A stretch of 63,799 nucleotides of DNA, filler included, from Atractiella rhizophila (lineage: Eukaryota): NCBI GenBank assembly GCA_021432655.1. It is 48 parts of 48 records of this genome, joined end to end, with 100 filler letters (N's around TTAATTAATTAA, not from the genome) between each part and the next. Parts side by side here need not be neighbours in the genome. Positions count along the whole stretch, not along the records: positions 62,617 to 63,799 come from MU273093.1; 47 more parts are not named here. One strand, given 5' to 3'. The first letter of the stretch is position 1; each line of letters opens with the position of its first letter. The translations under genes and the position numbers were made by a program. Below the pieces are notes generated by a model that was not told the DNA's origin, made no database searches, and saw nothing but the letters and a program-made list of their open reading frames with translations. This document shows positions 62,618-63,799 of the stretch, one piece after another.

Positions 62618-62984
62618 CCGTCGCACCTCATGGCTCCTAATCACCCTTCTCACACAGTCCACCTCCACTGCCACCCTCGTTCAGAATCTTCGGAAACCGC
62701 CTTCTCCACTAAACGACTTGCTTTCCTCCCTCTCTCCTTCCACCTCGATACCTACCGGTCCCGATGGCGATTCAGAAGGTGTGGATGCGATTTATCGCGA
62801 GAATGCTTTGAAGGCCATTTTAATGATTGTGGGAAGTGAAGGAGAGGGAAATGAGGAGGCATTAAATGAGGAGGAAAAGAAGAAGGTTAGTCAAGCGTTG
62901 AAGGAGATGAGGGAGACAGAGAAAGTGAAGTGGGAGGACTTAGGCTTGGCGAGTAGTGAGGGTGAGAAGTTGCTGCGTTTGTAG
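62618..62984 (+). CDS. Probable Hsp70 nucleotide-exchange factor Fes1/HspBP1, C-terminus
   Basis: RRTSWLLITLL...IPTGPDGDSEGVDAIYRENALKAIL...LGL resembles basidiomycete Fes1 C-termini, from memory. Confidence 0.45.
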
Positions 62985-63799
62985 CGAGCTCCGTACCATA
63001 TGTGGAAATAGAAAATGTAATATGTACGTGTTGCAGTGACATCGGACATCGAGTCATTCCAAAGGTGAGCTTATCAGTCTACAGCTTGAATACATGGCGA
63101 ATAATGATACATTGTTTGGCTATTTACTTTGTTCAAGAACAAGGCCCCTATTCCCTACTTAGACCTGCCTCTCTCCTCCACCTAACGCATCCTTTACTGA
63201 ATCAATTGCTCCTCCCGCCTTCTGTCTCGCATCATCCTTCAGCTCTTCAGCCTTATCGACCGCGGTATAGCCCATCTCTTTCGTTTCGGCTCCTGATGGG
63301 ACGATTTCATTGGGATTGTGATATTCAGCCTACAAAAATCAACCCAAAGCTTTAAGACGACAACGAACACGCAGAGGTGGGGGAGTACAAACCCTTCCAG
63401 CTTCTTTCTGCACACGCCCACGGTCCTCCATGTCTTTGTTCCCAGCTAAATAACCGCCGAACTCTTTCACTGATCCAAAAGAACTGCGTCCAGCCTTTCT
63501 CAACCATAGCTTGGATGGAAGGACAAGAGCAGACTCACGCTTTGCTGTTTGCTTGCGCCTCTGTTGGAAGGTCTCCAGCATTCGGTTGCTCAAGGTAAGG
63601 GAATTCGTTGCCAGTGGAGGGAAGAGTGTTCGACATGCTGATTGTTCAATGAGTTGAGCTTGAGTGCTTGGGCTTCGTGTTACTTGAAATGATTGGGTTT
63701 GATGAAGGAAGGCCCTTGCAGGTATGCGCTTTTATATCTGCAGTGTCCAACCTCAGATGCACTGACGAAATTGACGACAGGGGAGTAATGACGTCACAG

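Noticed and set aside
1..63799. Apparent clustering of COQ2, COQ6, PET191 and MSF1, or any cross-contig gene neighbourhood
   Set aside because: The contigs are ordered by length, so adjacency across spacers has no biological meaning.

Overview
This is not a continuous locus. It is 48 unrelated short contigs (1278 down to about 1183 bp, sorted by length) joined by an artificial 100-bp spacer (N44-TTAATTAATTAA-N44). The content is an intron-rich fungal nuclear genome with basidiomycete-like proteins and mostly 45-70 nt GT-AG introns. About 20 housekeeping gene fragments are recognisable (TSR4/PDCD2, DUF1746, UTP15, Derlin, PET191, eIF5B, a nucleotide-sugar transporter, COQ6, MAP1, HAT2/RBBP4, MFAP1, RIB7, PXA1, EMC8/9, a Gti1/Pac2 factor, COQ2, YIF1, MSF1, FES1-like). 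There are also many decayed transposons (Copia, pogo/Fot1, Helitron, hAT, CACTA). The most interesting signal is in the short LTRs. Three different LTR or LTR-like copies carry a 55-64 nt GT...AG intron whose 3' part (24-32 nt, ending in AG) duplicates the block just upstream of the donor, while sister LTR copies lack the intron exactly at the AG junction. This suggests a way for retrotransposons to keep a spliceosomal intron through reverse transcription. A 982-nt hairpin-rich intron in UTP15 is the second candidate. All protein calls come from motif recognition by eye; no searches were run.
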